Shown: positions 30,920 to 39,486, counted from the stretch's first letter. The stretch: DNA of 64,000 bases from a bacterium (GCA_046727955.1 JBKPDO010000038.1:22198-86197), one strand, 5' to 3'. The notes: generated by a model from the letters alone, not told the origin. Made by a program: numbers and translations.

Positions 30920-31273
30920 TCAATTAGTCCTCATGGGCCAGTAGGCGGGCCGCCCCGTCGTGTACCCCACGGTGAGGCTGGCCGTGGCCTGGTGCACGAG
31001 CGCTCCGCTGGTCCCGGTGACGCGGAGCGTATAGGTTCCACGTGGCGTCCATGCGGTGGTCGTCACCCGGAGCGTCGACGTCCCCGGCGCCGCCACCGGG
31101 TTGGGCGACCAGGTCGCCGACGTGCCAGCCGGCAGGCCGGCCAGGGAGAGCGAGACGCTGCCGGCGAAGCCGCCGATCGATCCGACCGAGACGGTGTACG
31201 AGGCGGTCTGGCGGCGCGAGATGGTGATCGAGGACGGGCTGATCGCCAGCGAGAAGTCGCGAGCGGACACCAC
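30920..31273 (-). pseudogene. Isolated beta-sandwich (Ig-like/NEW3/CARDB-like) domain fragment, probably the C-terminal piece of a larger secreted protein
   Basis: 117-aa ORF rich in Ser/Thr/Gly with alternating beta-strand pattern (TLRVTTTAWTPRGTYTLRVTGTSG). It abuts an unrelated fragment on the opposite strand. Confidence 0.3.
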
Positions 31274-31289
31274 CAGAGTGATCGAGGCG

Positions 31290-31541
31290 GTGTGCGCGGA
31301 TCAACGCCAACGGCGGCCAAGACAACCGCGGCACCGGTCTGGGCCTGGCGATCGTCAAGGCGATCGTGGAGGCGCACGGCGGCACGGTGAGCGTGGCCAG
31401 CACCCTCGGCCAGGGAACCACCTTTACCATGCGGCTGCCCGGCTTCCAGGCCTCGCAGCACATGCCGCCGTTCCACCTGGTCGACGATCGCGCCGCCCGC
31501 GACGCTGACGGCGGCCGCGGTCATGGCGCCCGCTCGATCTG
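31290..31541 (+). pseudogene. C-terminal remnant of a sensor histidine kinase (HATPase_c G2 box)
   Basis: ...[40 protein letters not shown] is the canonical end of the HK ATP-binding domain. No upstream HisKA or sensor region is present. Confidence 0.5.
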
Positions 31542-31638
31542 AGCCCACCCGCGCCGGGATCTTGCTACCCAGCTCCACCCGCCACCACCGAATCTCGCCC
31601 GCACATAAGGCCACCCCGCCGTGCGCATCGGATGACCA

Positions 31639-31902
31639 TCAGTGTGGACGGTAGACGACGTGGCGGTGCTGGATCCTGTGGACGGTGACGACCTTACGGT
31701 CATCGTCCACCTCGTAGATGACCCGATAGTCTCCGCGCCGCGCTGAGTACAGCCCGAACAGCTCACCTACAAGGGGCTTGCCGGCGCGGCGCGGATTCTC
31801 GGCGATGGGGCCCCGGATGGCCTGGAGCGCGGCGTCACGCACCTTCTCTGGAAGCTGGTTGAGGTGGCGGATCCCTTCCCGCGTGATCTCGACCTCGAAC
31901 AC
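31639..31902 (-). CDS. Type II toxin-antitoxin system RelE/ParE-family toxin
   Basis: 87 aa, located 10 bp downstream of a Phd/YefM-type antitoxin gene. The fold is RelE/ParE-like (RGDYRVIYEVDDDRKVVTVHRIQHR). Confidence 0.75.
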   Translation of the reverse strand: MFEVEITREGIRHLNQLPEKVRDAALQAIRGPIAENPRRAGKPLVGELFGLYSARRGDYRVIYEVDDDRKVVTVHRIQHRHVVYRPH

Positions 31903-31912
31903 GAGGCCGTAC

Positions 31913-32167
31913 CTACACCTGATCGCGCAGCGGAACCGTGTCGCCGGCAGCGGCCTGCCGACGGGAGATGCGTAGTGATTCCATCAATTCGTCGTCCTGC
32001 AGGATGTCCAGAGTCTCTTCCAGCGATGCAAGATCATCGGGACTCAGCAGGACGAAGGATGGTCGTCCGTTGCGAGTGACCAGGATCCGTTCATGCTCCC
32101 GCTCGACCCGGTCGGCCACCTCGGAAAGGTGGGCCTTTACTTCGGAGAATGGCAGTGCCTCACTCAT
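31913..32167 (-). CDS. Type II toxin-antitoxin system Phd/YefM-family antitoxin
   Basis: The N-terminal Phd/YefM signature LPFSEVKAHLSEVADRVEREHERILVTRNGRPSFVLLSPDDLASLEETLDIL is present. Confidence 0.8.
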   Translation of the reverse strand: MSEALPFSEVKAHLSEVADRVEREHERILVTRNGRPSFVLLSPDDLASLEETLDILQDDELMESLRISRRQAAAGDTVPLRDQV

Positions 32168-32289
32168 AGGTCAAGATTTTGACCTAACTCGGCTCTCCAG
32201 GTCAACCATAGCGCTGGGATGCCTGGTCGGTCGCCTTGGCAGGCTGATGGCTGGCTGCGCGGACCGGTCGGCCGCGTAGACTCGTCGGC

Positions 32290-32859
32290 ATGAGCACCGG
32301 CGAGGCCGCAGCCGATCGTGGCCGGTTGCGCCGTGTCCCGACCCACGAGCTCACGGCATCGGAGATCCGTGCGATCCGGGAGCTGGTGTGGGCTGCGTTC
32401 TCGTCCGGTGACGAAGCGTTCACCGAGGACGACTGGCAGCACTCGATCGGTGGCATGCATTTCGTGCTCGAGCTGGACGGCAAGATCCTCGCCCATGCGT
32501 CCGTGGTCGAACGCGAGCTGCACGTCGGCGGCCAGTCAGTGCGAACCGGCTATGTCGAAGCCGTCGCGACGGATCCGGACCGGCAGGGCCAAGGACTCGG
32601 CACACGGTTGATGAGCGACGTCACGTCGTACATCCAGGAGCACTTCCGTCTCGGCGCCCTGGGCACCGGCAGGCACCACTTCTACGAGCGCCTCGGCTGG
32701 CTGACGTGGCAAGGCCCTACGTCCGTCCGGACCGAGGACGGCACCCATCGAACGCCCGGCGAGGACGGCTACGTCCTTGTCTTGCCCACGCCATCTTCGC
32801 CCAGCCTCGATCTCACGGCAGCCATCAGCTGTGAGTGGCGGCCGGGTGACGTCTGGTGA
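32290..32859 (+). CDS. GNAT N-acetyltransferase, aminoglycoside 2'-N-acetyltransferase AAC(2')-I-like
   Basis: DWQHSIGGMHFVL and the C-terminal CEWRPGDVW resemble mycobacterial AAC(2')-I. Length is 189 aa. Confidence 0.65.
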   Translation: MSTGEAAADRGRLRRVPTHELTASEIRAIRELVWAAFSSGDEAFTEDDWQHSIGGMHFVLELDGKILAHASVVERELHVGGQSVRTGYVEAVATDPDRQGQGLGTRLMSDVTSYIQEHFRLGALGTGRHHFYERLGWLTWQGPTSVRTEDGTHRTPGEDGYVLVLPTPSSPSLDLTAAISCEWRPGDVW

Positions 32860-33030
32860 CCTTCGAGCAAGCCTGGCGCCACATCGAGCCACCCGGCCGT
32901 CGAAGCCTGGAGCTCGCCTATGCCTCGCTCGTGTCAGGCGCGCTTGCATGCGGCGCCGTCCTCACGGATGCGTCCGGGGCGATCGTGGCGGAGGGCCGCA
33001 ACCGCGCCTACGACCCGCTGGGAGGTGAGA
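32856..33030 (+). pseudogene. N-terminal fragment of a CMP/dCMP-type nucleoside (tRNA-adenosine-like) deaminase, truncated before the zinc-binding motifs
   Basis: LELAYASLVSGALACGAVLTDASGAIVAEGRNRAYDP resembles the deaminase N-terminus. The frame then runs into the convergent DinB gene. Its start overlaps the aac(2')-like stop (GTGA). Confidence 0.35.
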
Positions 33031-33058
33031 CGGGTCAACGAGCGCCGAACGAGCGGTT

Positions 33059-33589
33059 TCAGCGCTGTACCGCCGTGATGGTCTGCTCGAGCTGCCGCAG
33101 GTGCGCACGGTCATGGCCGGCTGTGGTCTCGGTCAAAAGCCGGAAGCTGGTCGCGCCGCGCTCCTCGTGGATGCCAATGCGGTCCCACAGGACCTCGGGT
33201 GTCTGCGTGATGAGCACGAGGTTGGCCATGCGAAGCGCAGTGAAGCCGTCGAGCAGCTCCGGGAACGCCGGTCGTGCCAGGGTCGCCCAGGCCTCTTGGT
33301 CGTAGCCGATGAGCTGGGGTGTGTCCTGCGCAAGGATGGAGCGCGCCCGGAACGAGTAGGCGATCTCCGCGTCCCACAGGTGGCCCAGCAGCTCCGCGGC
33401 TGACCACTCCCCCTGCTCGGGCCGCCTGCCAAGCAGTTCTCCGGCCAGCCCGCTCGCCTGATCTCGCACGGTCCGCGGCGTCGCCGCCAGCACCTCGACC
33501 GGGTCCCGCCCACCCAGCAGCGCCAGCAGCTCCCGCTGGTAGCCCTGCGGGTCCGCGACCGGGTCCGCCACGATGATCCGCTCTTCCAT
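33059..33589 (-). CDS. DinB/YfiT-like (DinB_2) family protein
   Basis: It has the DinB_2 metal-binding helical-bundle signature (AAELLGHLWDAEIAY...AGHDRAHLRQL). Confidence 0.65.
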   Translation of the reverse strand: MEERIIVADPVADPQGYQRELLALLGGRDPVEVLAATPRTVRDQASGLAGELLGRRPEQGEWSAAELLGHLWDAEIAYSFRARSILAQDTPQLIGYDQEAWATLARPAFPELLDGFTALRMANLVLITQTPEVLWDRIGIHEERGATSFRLLTETTAGHDRAHLRQLEQTITAVQR

Positions 33590-33815
33590 CTCACCTCCAG
33601 GATCGGTGCGGCTGAGACTCAGCCCAGTTGTCAGGATGGGCCAGCGCCGTGCCAGGCCCGTCCCGGTGGGTACGATACCGATTCACTGGGCCGGCTAGGA
33701 CGTGCCACCGCGAGCAGGTGCGCGCTGAGGCCAAGCAGCGACCGCTTCGCCTCCACCATCGGCGCCGCCAAGGTTAGGCTGGTTTCCCGCCGTCGACAGG
33801 AGTCACATAGAAGTC

Positions 33816-34829
33816 ATGATGAGGGCGCGCCGGCCGAGGCCGCGGATGTGGCTGGTGGTGGGGCTGGTCATCCTGGTCGCGGCGGCGCTGCTGTACCGCC
33901 CGCCGTACCTGGTGATCTCCCCCGGCACCGCCTTCGACATCAGCGGCGACGTCACCATCAGCGGCACCAAGGTGACCAGGCTGCACGGCCACTACCTGGC
34001 CGCCACCGTGCGCCTTAGCCAGGACAGCGCGCTCGGCACGCTGATCGCCGCCCTTCGGCCCGACCGGGAGGTGGTCCCCGCCTCCCAGGTGCTGCCGCCC
34101 GGCGTCTCGCCCGGCCGCTACTTCGTGCAGCAGCGGGCGATCTACCAGGAGAGCCAGCGTCTCGCCGCGGGGGCCGCGGCCATGGCGGTTGGCTTGCCGG
34201 TGCGCATCCAGGGCAGCGGCGCCCAGGTGGTCGACGTGGTCCGCGGCTCACCGGCGGCTGGGACGCTGCGCCCAGGCGACGTCATCGTTGCCGTCGACGG
34301 CCGGCGCATCGCGACCGTCCAGCAGCTCCAGGACAGAGTGCGCTCGCGCCCCACCGGCAGCCGTTTCGCGCTGACCGTCGAGCGCGGCGGAAGACGGGTC
34401 GAGGTGACGCTGCGCAGCGCCCACCTCTCCAACCTGGCCGCCGGGGCCGGCATCGGGGTGGCGGCCCAGACCCGCAACCTCAAGGTGAGCCTGCCCTTCC
34501 GGATCAGCTTCCGGGACCGGCCGGAGGTCGGTGGGCCGTCCGCCGGGCTGGTCTACGCTCTCACCATCGCCGACCTCCTCGCCCCCGCTGACTACGCCGA
34601 GGGCCGGACCATCGCGGCGACCGGGGCGATCGGCGTCGACGGCGACGTCAGCCCGGTGGGCGGCGTCACCGAGAAAGCCATCGGCGTCCGGGAGGCCGGC
34701 GCGAGCGAGTTCCTGGTGCCGTCCCAGGAGATCGGCGACGCGCGCCACGCCGACGTGTCGGGCCTGCAAGTCCGCGGCGTCGACCGCCTGCAGGGCGCCC
34801 TGCGCCTGCTGGCGCCCGGCACCTCCTGA
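33816..34829 (+). CDS. PDZ domain-containing Lon-like S16 peptidase (YlbL/SepM-like), membrane anchored
   Basis: The layout is an N-terminal TM anchor, a PDZ domain, and a Lon proteolytic domain with the catalytic serine motif GPSAGL. Confidence 0.8.
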   Translation: MMRARRPRPRMWLVVGLVILVAAALLYRPPYLVISPGTAFDISGDVTISGTKVTRLHGHYLAATVRLSQDSALGTLIAALRPDREVVPASQVLPPGVSPGRYFVQQRAIYQESQRLAAGAAAMAVGLPVRIQGSGAQVVDVVRGSPAAGTLRPGDVIVAVDGRRIATVQQLQDRVRSRPTGSRFALTVERGGRRVEVTLRSAHLSNLAAGAGIGVAAQTRNLKVSLPFRISFRDRPEVGGPSAGLVYALTIADLLAPADYAEGRTIAATGAIGVDGDVSPVGGVTEKAIGVREAGASEFLVPSQEIGDARHADVSGLQVRGVDRLQGALRLLAPGTS

Positions 34830-34872
34830 GCGATCCCCTCTGAGCGACATCCCCTCTGATAGCCTCTCGCGC

Positions 34873-35571
34873 GTGACCACGACGGACGGACCCGGCCAGG
34901 AGGAGGCTCCGCTCCAGCGCCGCCCCCAGCTGGCCCTGCTGGTGGAGGGCGGCGACCGCAAGGGGCTGCTCCACGACATGACCGCGGCGATCATGCGCCA
35001 CGGCGGTGACATCTTCTCGGTCGAGATCGTCGAGCGGGGCGCCCGCAGCGCGATCTACTGGGAGCTGGACGCGGTCGAGGATCCGGAGAGCCTGGAGCGG
35101 GCCTTCCTGGACATCGACGTGGTCAGCTCGGTGCGCCGGCTGCCGAGCATGTTCCAGGTCTACGGCAAGCGCGTCATCGTGGTCGGCGCGGGCGTGCAGG
35201 TCGGCCAGGTCGCCCTCGGCGCCATCGGCGAGGCCGACCGGCACAACATCCGGGGCGAGAAGATCAGCGTGGACACGATCCCGATCGTGGGCGAGGAGAA
35301 CCTCGCGAATGCGGTGCGGGCGGTGGCCAGGCTCCCGCGCGCGGTAGCGGTGGTGCTTGCGGGGTCGCTCATGGGCGGAGAGGTCACCGAGGCGGTCGAC
35401 GAGGTGCGGGCGCACAACATCCTGGTCGTCTCGCTGAACATGGCCGGCTCGGTCCCGGAGCACGCCGACCTGGTGGTGACCGATCCGGTGCAGGCGGGGG
35501 TCATGGTGGTGATGGCGGTGGCCAGCACGGCCCGCTTCGACATCGCCCGGGTCCGCGGCCACCGCTTCTGA
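34873..35571 (+). CDS. ACT domain-containing protein (ACT followed by a conserved actinobacterial C-terminal domain)
   Basis: The ACT signature is LALLVEGGDRKGLLHDMTAAIMRHGGDIFSVEI. GTG start at 34873. The stop abuts the convergent GNAT gene. Confidence 0.55.
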   Translation: MTTTDGPGQEEAPLQRRPQLALLVEGGDRKGLLHDMTAAIMRHGGDIFSVEIVERGARSAIYWELDAVEDPESLERAFLDIDVVSSVRRLPSMFQVYGKRVIVVGAGVQVGQVALGAIGEADRHNIRGEKISVDTIPIVGEENLANAVRAVARLPRAVAVVLAGSLMGGEVTEAVDEVRAHNILVVSLNMAGSVPEHADLVVTDPVQAGVMVVMAVASTARFDIARVRGHRF

Positions 35572-35573
35572 GG

Positions 35574-36089
35574 TCAGAGCAGGAGGCCCATGACGACGGC
35601 GTCCCACAGCTCGCCGTTGCGGCGTCGGTAGTGGCGACGGCGCAGGCCCTCGCGCTCGAACCCGAACTTCTCGTAGAGGGCGATCGCCGCCTGGTTGTGG
35701 GGCCACACCTCGAGCGAGACCTTGTGGGCGCCGGCCTCGCGCGCCCAGTCGATCCCGGCCCGGAGCAGGGCGCTCCCCACCCCACGGCCCCGCCAGCCAC
35801 TGGCGACCATCATGCCGAGGTCCGCCACGCCGTAGCTGGCCAGCTCCATCCACAGGTCACCCACCAGCTTCGACCCGGTGTCGGCGACCAGCAGCAGCGC
35901 ACGTTCCTCGTCGATCGCCCGCGCCAGTCCCTGCCGGCGGCGCTCGGTGTCGAGCGGCACCTCGGTACCGATCCAGCGCCCCTCGGCGGCGACCGCCGCC
36001 AGCAGGTCGATCAGCGCATCGACGTCCTGCTCGTGGGCACGCCGGATCGCCACCTCGGGGAGCGGCTGCTGCATAAGCGGCTGCTGCAT
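35574..36089 (-). CDS. GNAT family N-acetyltransferase
   Basis: The acetyl-CoA-binding motif WRGRGVGSALL is present. The start contains a duplicated 15-bp unit giving MQQPLMQQPL. Confidence 0.75.
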   Translation of the reverse strand: MQQPLMQQPLPEVAIRRAHEQDVDALIDLLAAVAAEGRWIGTEVPLDTERRRQGLARAIDEERALLLVADTGSKLVGDLWMELASYGVADLGMMVASGWRGRGVGSALLRAGIDWAREAGAHKVSLEVWPHNQAAIALYEKFGFEREGLRRRHYRRRNGELWDAVVMGLLL

Positions 36090-36134
36090 AACCTGACCTC
36101 ACAGGTCCGTGGCGACTCGAGGACGCCATTGTGC

Positions 36135-36230
36135 CGCGCTCGACCCCGTCCTCGAACCTGACCGGCGCGCTCCGCGACCCGGCCGGCAACGTCTTCGGCG
36201 TGTACGAGCACCACCACTGATCGCCGGGAC
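36135..36230 (+). pseudogene. Short C-terminal fragment of a VOC-family protein (...LRDPAGNVFGVYEHHH*)
   Basis: The end motif matches the intact VOC gene at 24889-25296. Only about 30 codons are present. Confidence 0.3.
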
Positions 36231-36514
36231 GGGAGCAATCGACAGGAAGGCTCGCACGCCCGCCGTGCTTGACACAGCTCCCCGCCGCAGGCAGGGTTGT
36301 CGCATGACCGTCGTGTACCTCACCCGGAACCGCGCGCTGGACTACCAGCGCGTCGTCTCCTGCGCCTGTATGAGGACCCGGCGGTCACCGCGCGGGCGCT
36401 AGCTCGCCTCCCGTTCCCCACCTCATCTGACCGCCGGGCTTTTGGGCGTGCCGTGCATGCGCGCGCCACCGGCCTGCCAGCCGCGACGCCGACCTCCACT
36501 GGAGGCATGACCGA

Positions 36515-38155
36515 ATGCAATTCCTCCGCAGGGAGCAGACCCTCAACCAGATCGAGCGCTGGAAGCTCGAGCGACACCCGCTGGACGTACGCCAGGCGGT
36601 CCTCGAGCGCTATGCGGCCGAGGGGCCGGACGCGATCGCCGCGGTCCCTGGCGAGGCGGAGCGGCTCAAGTGGGTCGGGCTGTACCCGCAGCGGCAGGGA
36701 GGGGACGCCTTCATGCTGCGCATCAAGATCCCCGGCGGGCGGCTGCGGGCCGAGCAGGCCAGTGTCATCGGCGAGCTGGCCGAGGAGCTCGCGCGCGGCC
36801 CGGCGCCGAACCCGGTGTTCGGGCAGGGGTTCCTCGATCTCACCACCCGGCAGGACGTCCAGCTCCACTGGCTCCGGATCGGCGACGTGCCCGAGATCTG
36901 GCGCCGCCTGGGGGAGGTCGGGGTCACCACCATCCAGGCGTGCGGCGACTCCGCGCGCAACGTGCTGTGCTGCCCGGTCTCCGGGCTCGACGACGACGAG
37001 GTGGTGGACGCCTACCCGGTGGCGCTGGCGATCTCCGACTACTTCACCGGCAACCGCGAGTATGCGAACCTGCCGCGCAAGTTCAAGATGAGCGTCACCG
37101 GCTGCCGCGAGGACTGCGCCAACGCTCAGATCAACGACGTCGGGCTGTGGCCGGCCCGCCTGGCCGACGGCACCGTTGGGTTCAACCTGCTGGTCGGCGG
37201 GGGCCTCTCCGACGGGCCGCGGATGGCCTCTGACATCGACGTGTTCGTGGTGCCCGACCAGGCGGTCGAGCTCGCCCGCGCGATCGCCCAGCTCTTCGGC
37301 GAGCTCGGCGACCGGGAGAACCGCTGGACCTGCCGGATGCGCTACCTGGTGCAGGAGCTGGGACCAGAGGGCTTCCGGGAGGAGCTGGCGCGGCGGGCCG
37401 CCTTCCCGCTCACCCCTGCCGGCGAGACGCTCACGCGCCGCCACCGCGGCGACCACGTGGGCGTCCACCGGCAAAAGCAGCCCAACCTGCACTACGTCGG
37501 GCTGAGCGTCACCGTCGGGCGCATGTCCGGCGGGCAGCTGGTCGAGGCGGCGCGGCTCGCCTCGGCCTACGGCTCGGGCGAGCTGCGGCTGGCCACCGAC
37601 CAGAACCTCATCCTTCCGGGAGTCCAGCGGGAGCGGCTGGACGACCTGCTGGCCGAGCCGCTGCTGGCTGAGTGCTCGCCCAGCCCGGGACCCTTCGAGC
37701 GCGGGGCGGTCGCCTGCACCGGCAGCGAGTTCTGCCGCTTCGCCATCGTGGAGACCAAGGCAAGGACCGCCACGCTGGCCCGCTGGCTGGACCAGCACGT
37801 CGACCTCGGCGACGAGGAGATCATCCGGCTGCACGTGTCCGGCTGCTCGGCCTCGTGCGCCCAGCCGCAGATCGCCGACATCGGCTTCAGAGGAGAGATC
37901 GCCCACCAAGGCGAGGCCATCGTCGAGGCGGCCGACATCGGGCTCGGCGGCAGCCTGGGGCGGGACGCGGCCTTCATCGACTGGGTCGAGGGCGCCCACC
38001 CCCTCGACCAGGCGCCCGCCGCCCTGGCGCGGCTGCTCACCCGCTACCGGACCGAGCGTGGCGACGGCGAGCGGTTCCACGAGTGGTGCCGGCGGGTGGG
38101 CAACGACGCTTTGCGCGCGACGATCCGAGACGTCAGCAGTCAGGAGGCAGGCTGA
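36515..38155 (+). CDS. Siroheme [4Fe-4S] sulfite/nitrite reductase hemoprotein, assimilatory NirA/SirA family
   Basis: 546 aa with two NIR_SIR ferredoxin-like halves. The cluster and siroheme Cys motif is CTGSEFCRFAIVE...VSGCSASCAQPQIADIGF. A ggagg RBS precedes the ATG at 36515. Confidence 0.85.
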   Translation: MQFLRREQTLNQIERWKLERHPLDVRQAVLERYAAEGPDAIAAVPGEAERLKWVGLYPQRQGGDAFMLRIKIPGGRLRAEQASVIGELAEELARGPAPNPVFGQGFLDLTTRQDVQLHWLRIGDVPEIWRRLGEVGVTTIQACGDSARNVLCCPVSGLDDDEVVDAYPVALAISDYFTGNREYANLPRKFKMSVTGCREDCANAQINDVGLWPARLADGTVGFNLLVGGGLSDGPRMASDIDVFVVPDQAVELARAIAQLFGELGDRENRWTCRMRYLVQELGPEGFREELARRAAFPLTPAGETLTRRHRGDHVGVHRQKQPNLHYVGLSVTVGRMSGGQLVEAARLASAYGSGELRLATDQNLILPGVQRERLDDLLAEPLLAECSPSPGPFERGAVACTGSEFCRFAIVETKARTATLARWLDQHVDLGDEEIIRLHVSGCSASCAQPQIADIGFRGEIAHQGEAIVEAADIGLGGSLGRDAAFIDWVEGAHPLDQAPAALARLLTRYRTERGDGERFHEWCRRVGNDALRATIRDVSSQEAG

Positions 38156-39333
38156 TGGCCGCGTTCAAGATCAGGGAGGAGATGAACGGCATCGCCGAGG
38201 CGCCGGGCAAGACCTGGTTCTGGGACCTCGAGGACGCCGTCATCGATGCCGACCGCTGCATCCAGTGCGGCGCCTGTGTGGCCGTCTGCCCCAGCGACTC
38301 GATCGGCATCGGCTCCGACGATCTGCCCACGCTGGTCAAGATGTGCACCGGCTGCTCGCTGTGCTGGGACTTCTGCCCGCGGGGCGGGCTGCGCCACGAG
38401 GCGACCTGGAAGCTCACCGGCACCGCCGGCGGTGGGATGGCCGCGGTCCGTGAGCGCTACAGCGCCCGCACGCGGCCGTCGATCCGCGGCGCGCAGGACG
38501 GCGGGGTGGTCAGCGCGATCCTGATCGCGCTGCTCGAGGAGGGCGAGCTGGACGGGGCGCTGCTGGCCCGCGAGAGCGCTACCGAGCCTTGGAAGGGCGA
38601 GGCGTTCCTGGCGCGCACACCCGCCGACGTGATCGAGTGCGCCGGCAGCTTCTACAACCAGACCATGGCGCTCGGCCACCTCGACCTGAAAGGCGTGGAG
38701 CTGCCGCCCGACCCGCGCATCGCTGTGGTCGGCACTCCCTGCGAGATCGAGGGGATCAGGGCCATGCAGGCCCGGCCCTGGTACTGGGGATCGGCCAGGG
38801 TCGACTGGGTGGTGCTGACCGTTGCGCTGCTGTGCACCAAGAGCTTCAACTACGAGAAGCTCATGGTGGGCGAGATCGAGCGCAGGCGCGGGATCCCGCT
38901 GCACCGGATCGACCGGGTGGACGTGATCCGCGGCAAGCTGATCGTCCAGGGCCACGAGGGCGAGACGCTGCTGGAGGAGCCGATCCGCGAGTTCCACGGC
39001 GCCGCGCTGAAGGGCTGCGACGAGTGCACCGATTTCCTCGGCAATGCCGCCGACTTGTCGGTGGGCAGCGTGGGCAGCTCCGACGGCTGGTCCAGCCTGC
39101 TGATCCGGACCGACAGGGGGCGGGCGGCCGTGCGGCGCGCCCGCGACCGGCTGGAGCTGCGCGAGCTGGAGCGGCCGGAGGGACTGGAGAAGCTGGAGGC
39201 GCTCGACAAGCGCGTCGCCTTCGAGCACCTCGCGCGCAAGTTCGACCCCGAGGCGCCGCTGTTCGTGGACTACGAGGAGCATCTCGACTCCTACAGCGGG
39301 ACGGACCGGGCGCCGGTGACCCGTGACCGCTGA
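38155..39333 (+). CDS. FrhB/FdhB/FpoF-family coenzyme F420 hydrogenase/dehydrogenase beta-subunit-like protein with an N-terminal 2x[4Fe-4S] ferredoxin domain
   Basis: CIQCGACVAVCP and CTGCSLCWDFCP are in the N-domain. FrhB-type blocks follow (GGVVSAILIALLEEGELDGALLA, VGTPCEIEGIRAM, GCDECTDFLGNAADLSVGSVG). The ATG overlaps the nirA-like stop (TGATG) and sits behind a caggagg RBS. Confidence 0.8.
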   Translation: MAAFKIREEMNGIAEAPGKTWFWDLEDAVIDADRCIQCGACVAVCPSDSIGIGSDDLPTLVKMCTGCSLCWDFCPRGGLRHEATWKLTGTAGGGMAAVRERYSARTRPSIRGAQDGGVVSAILIALLEEGELDGALLARESATEPWKGEAFLARTPADVIECAGSFYNQTMALGHLDLKGVELPPDPRIAVVGTPCEIEGIRAMQARPWYWGSARVDWVVLTVALLCTKSFNYEKLMVGEIERRRGIPLHRIDRVDVIRGKLIVQGHEGETLLEEPIREFHGAALKGCDECTDFLGNAADLSVGSVGSSDGWSSLLIRTDRGRAAVRRARDRLELRELERPEGLEKLEALDKRVAFEHLARKFDPEAPLFVDYEEHLDSYSGTDRAPVTRDR

Positions 39334-39480
39334 GAGCCTGTTTGCATTCGGGGGGGAGCCCGAGGCGGCTCCCCCCCGAACCCCCCCATCGGGTACCTCG
39401 CCCGGGTCCCGGGTCGGGGGTGAGCCGCGCAATCGGGCAGGTTCGCCGGGGCCCAGTGGCCCTTCGCAAACAGGCTCTGA
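39332..39480. promoter_or_regulatory. Highly structured intergenic element. 14-bp inverted repeats (tgagagcctgtttgc / gcaaacaggctctga) bracket a perfect G7/C7 hairpin (gggggggagcc-cgaggc-ggctccccccc) and a second small palindrome (gggcccagtggccc).
   Basis: Direct reading. The left IR overlaps the frhB-like stop codon, and the right IR ends 7 bp before the next ATG. Confidence 0.55.
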
Positions 39481-39486
39481 GGGGGC

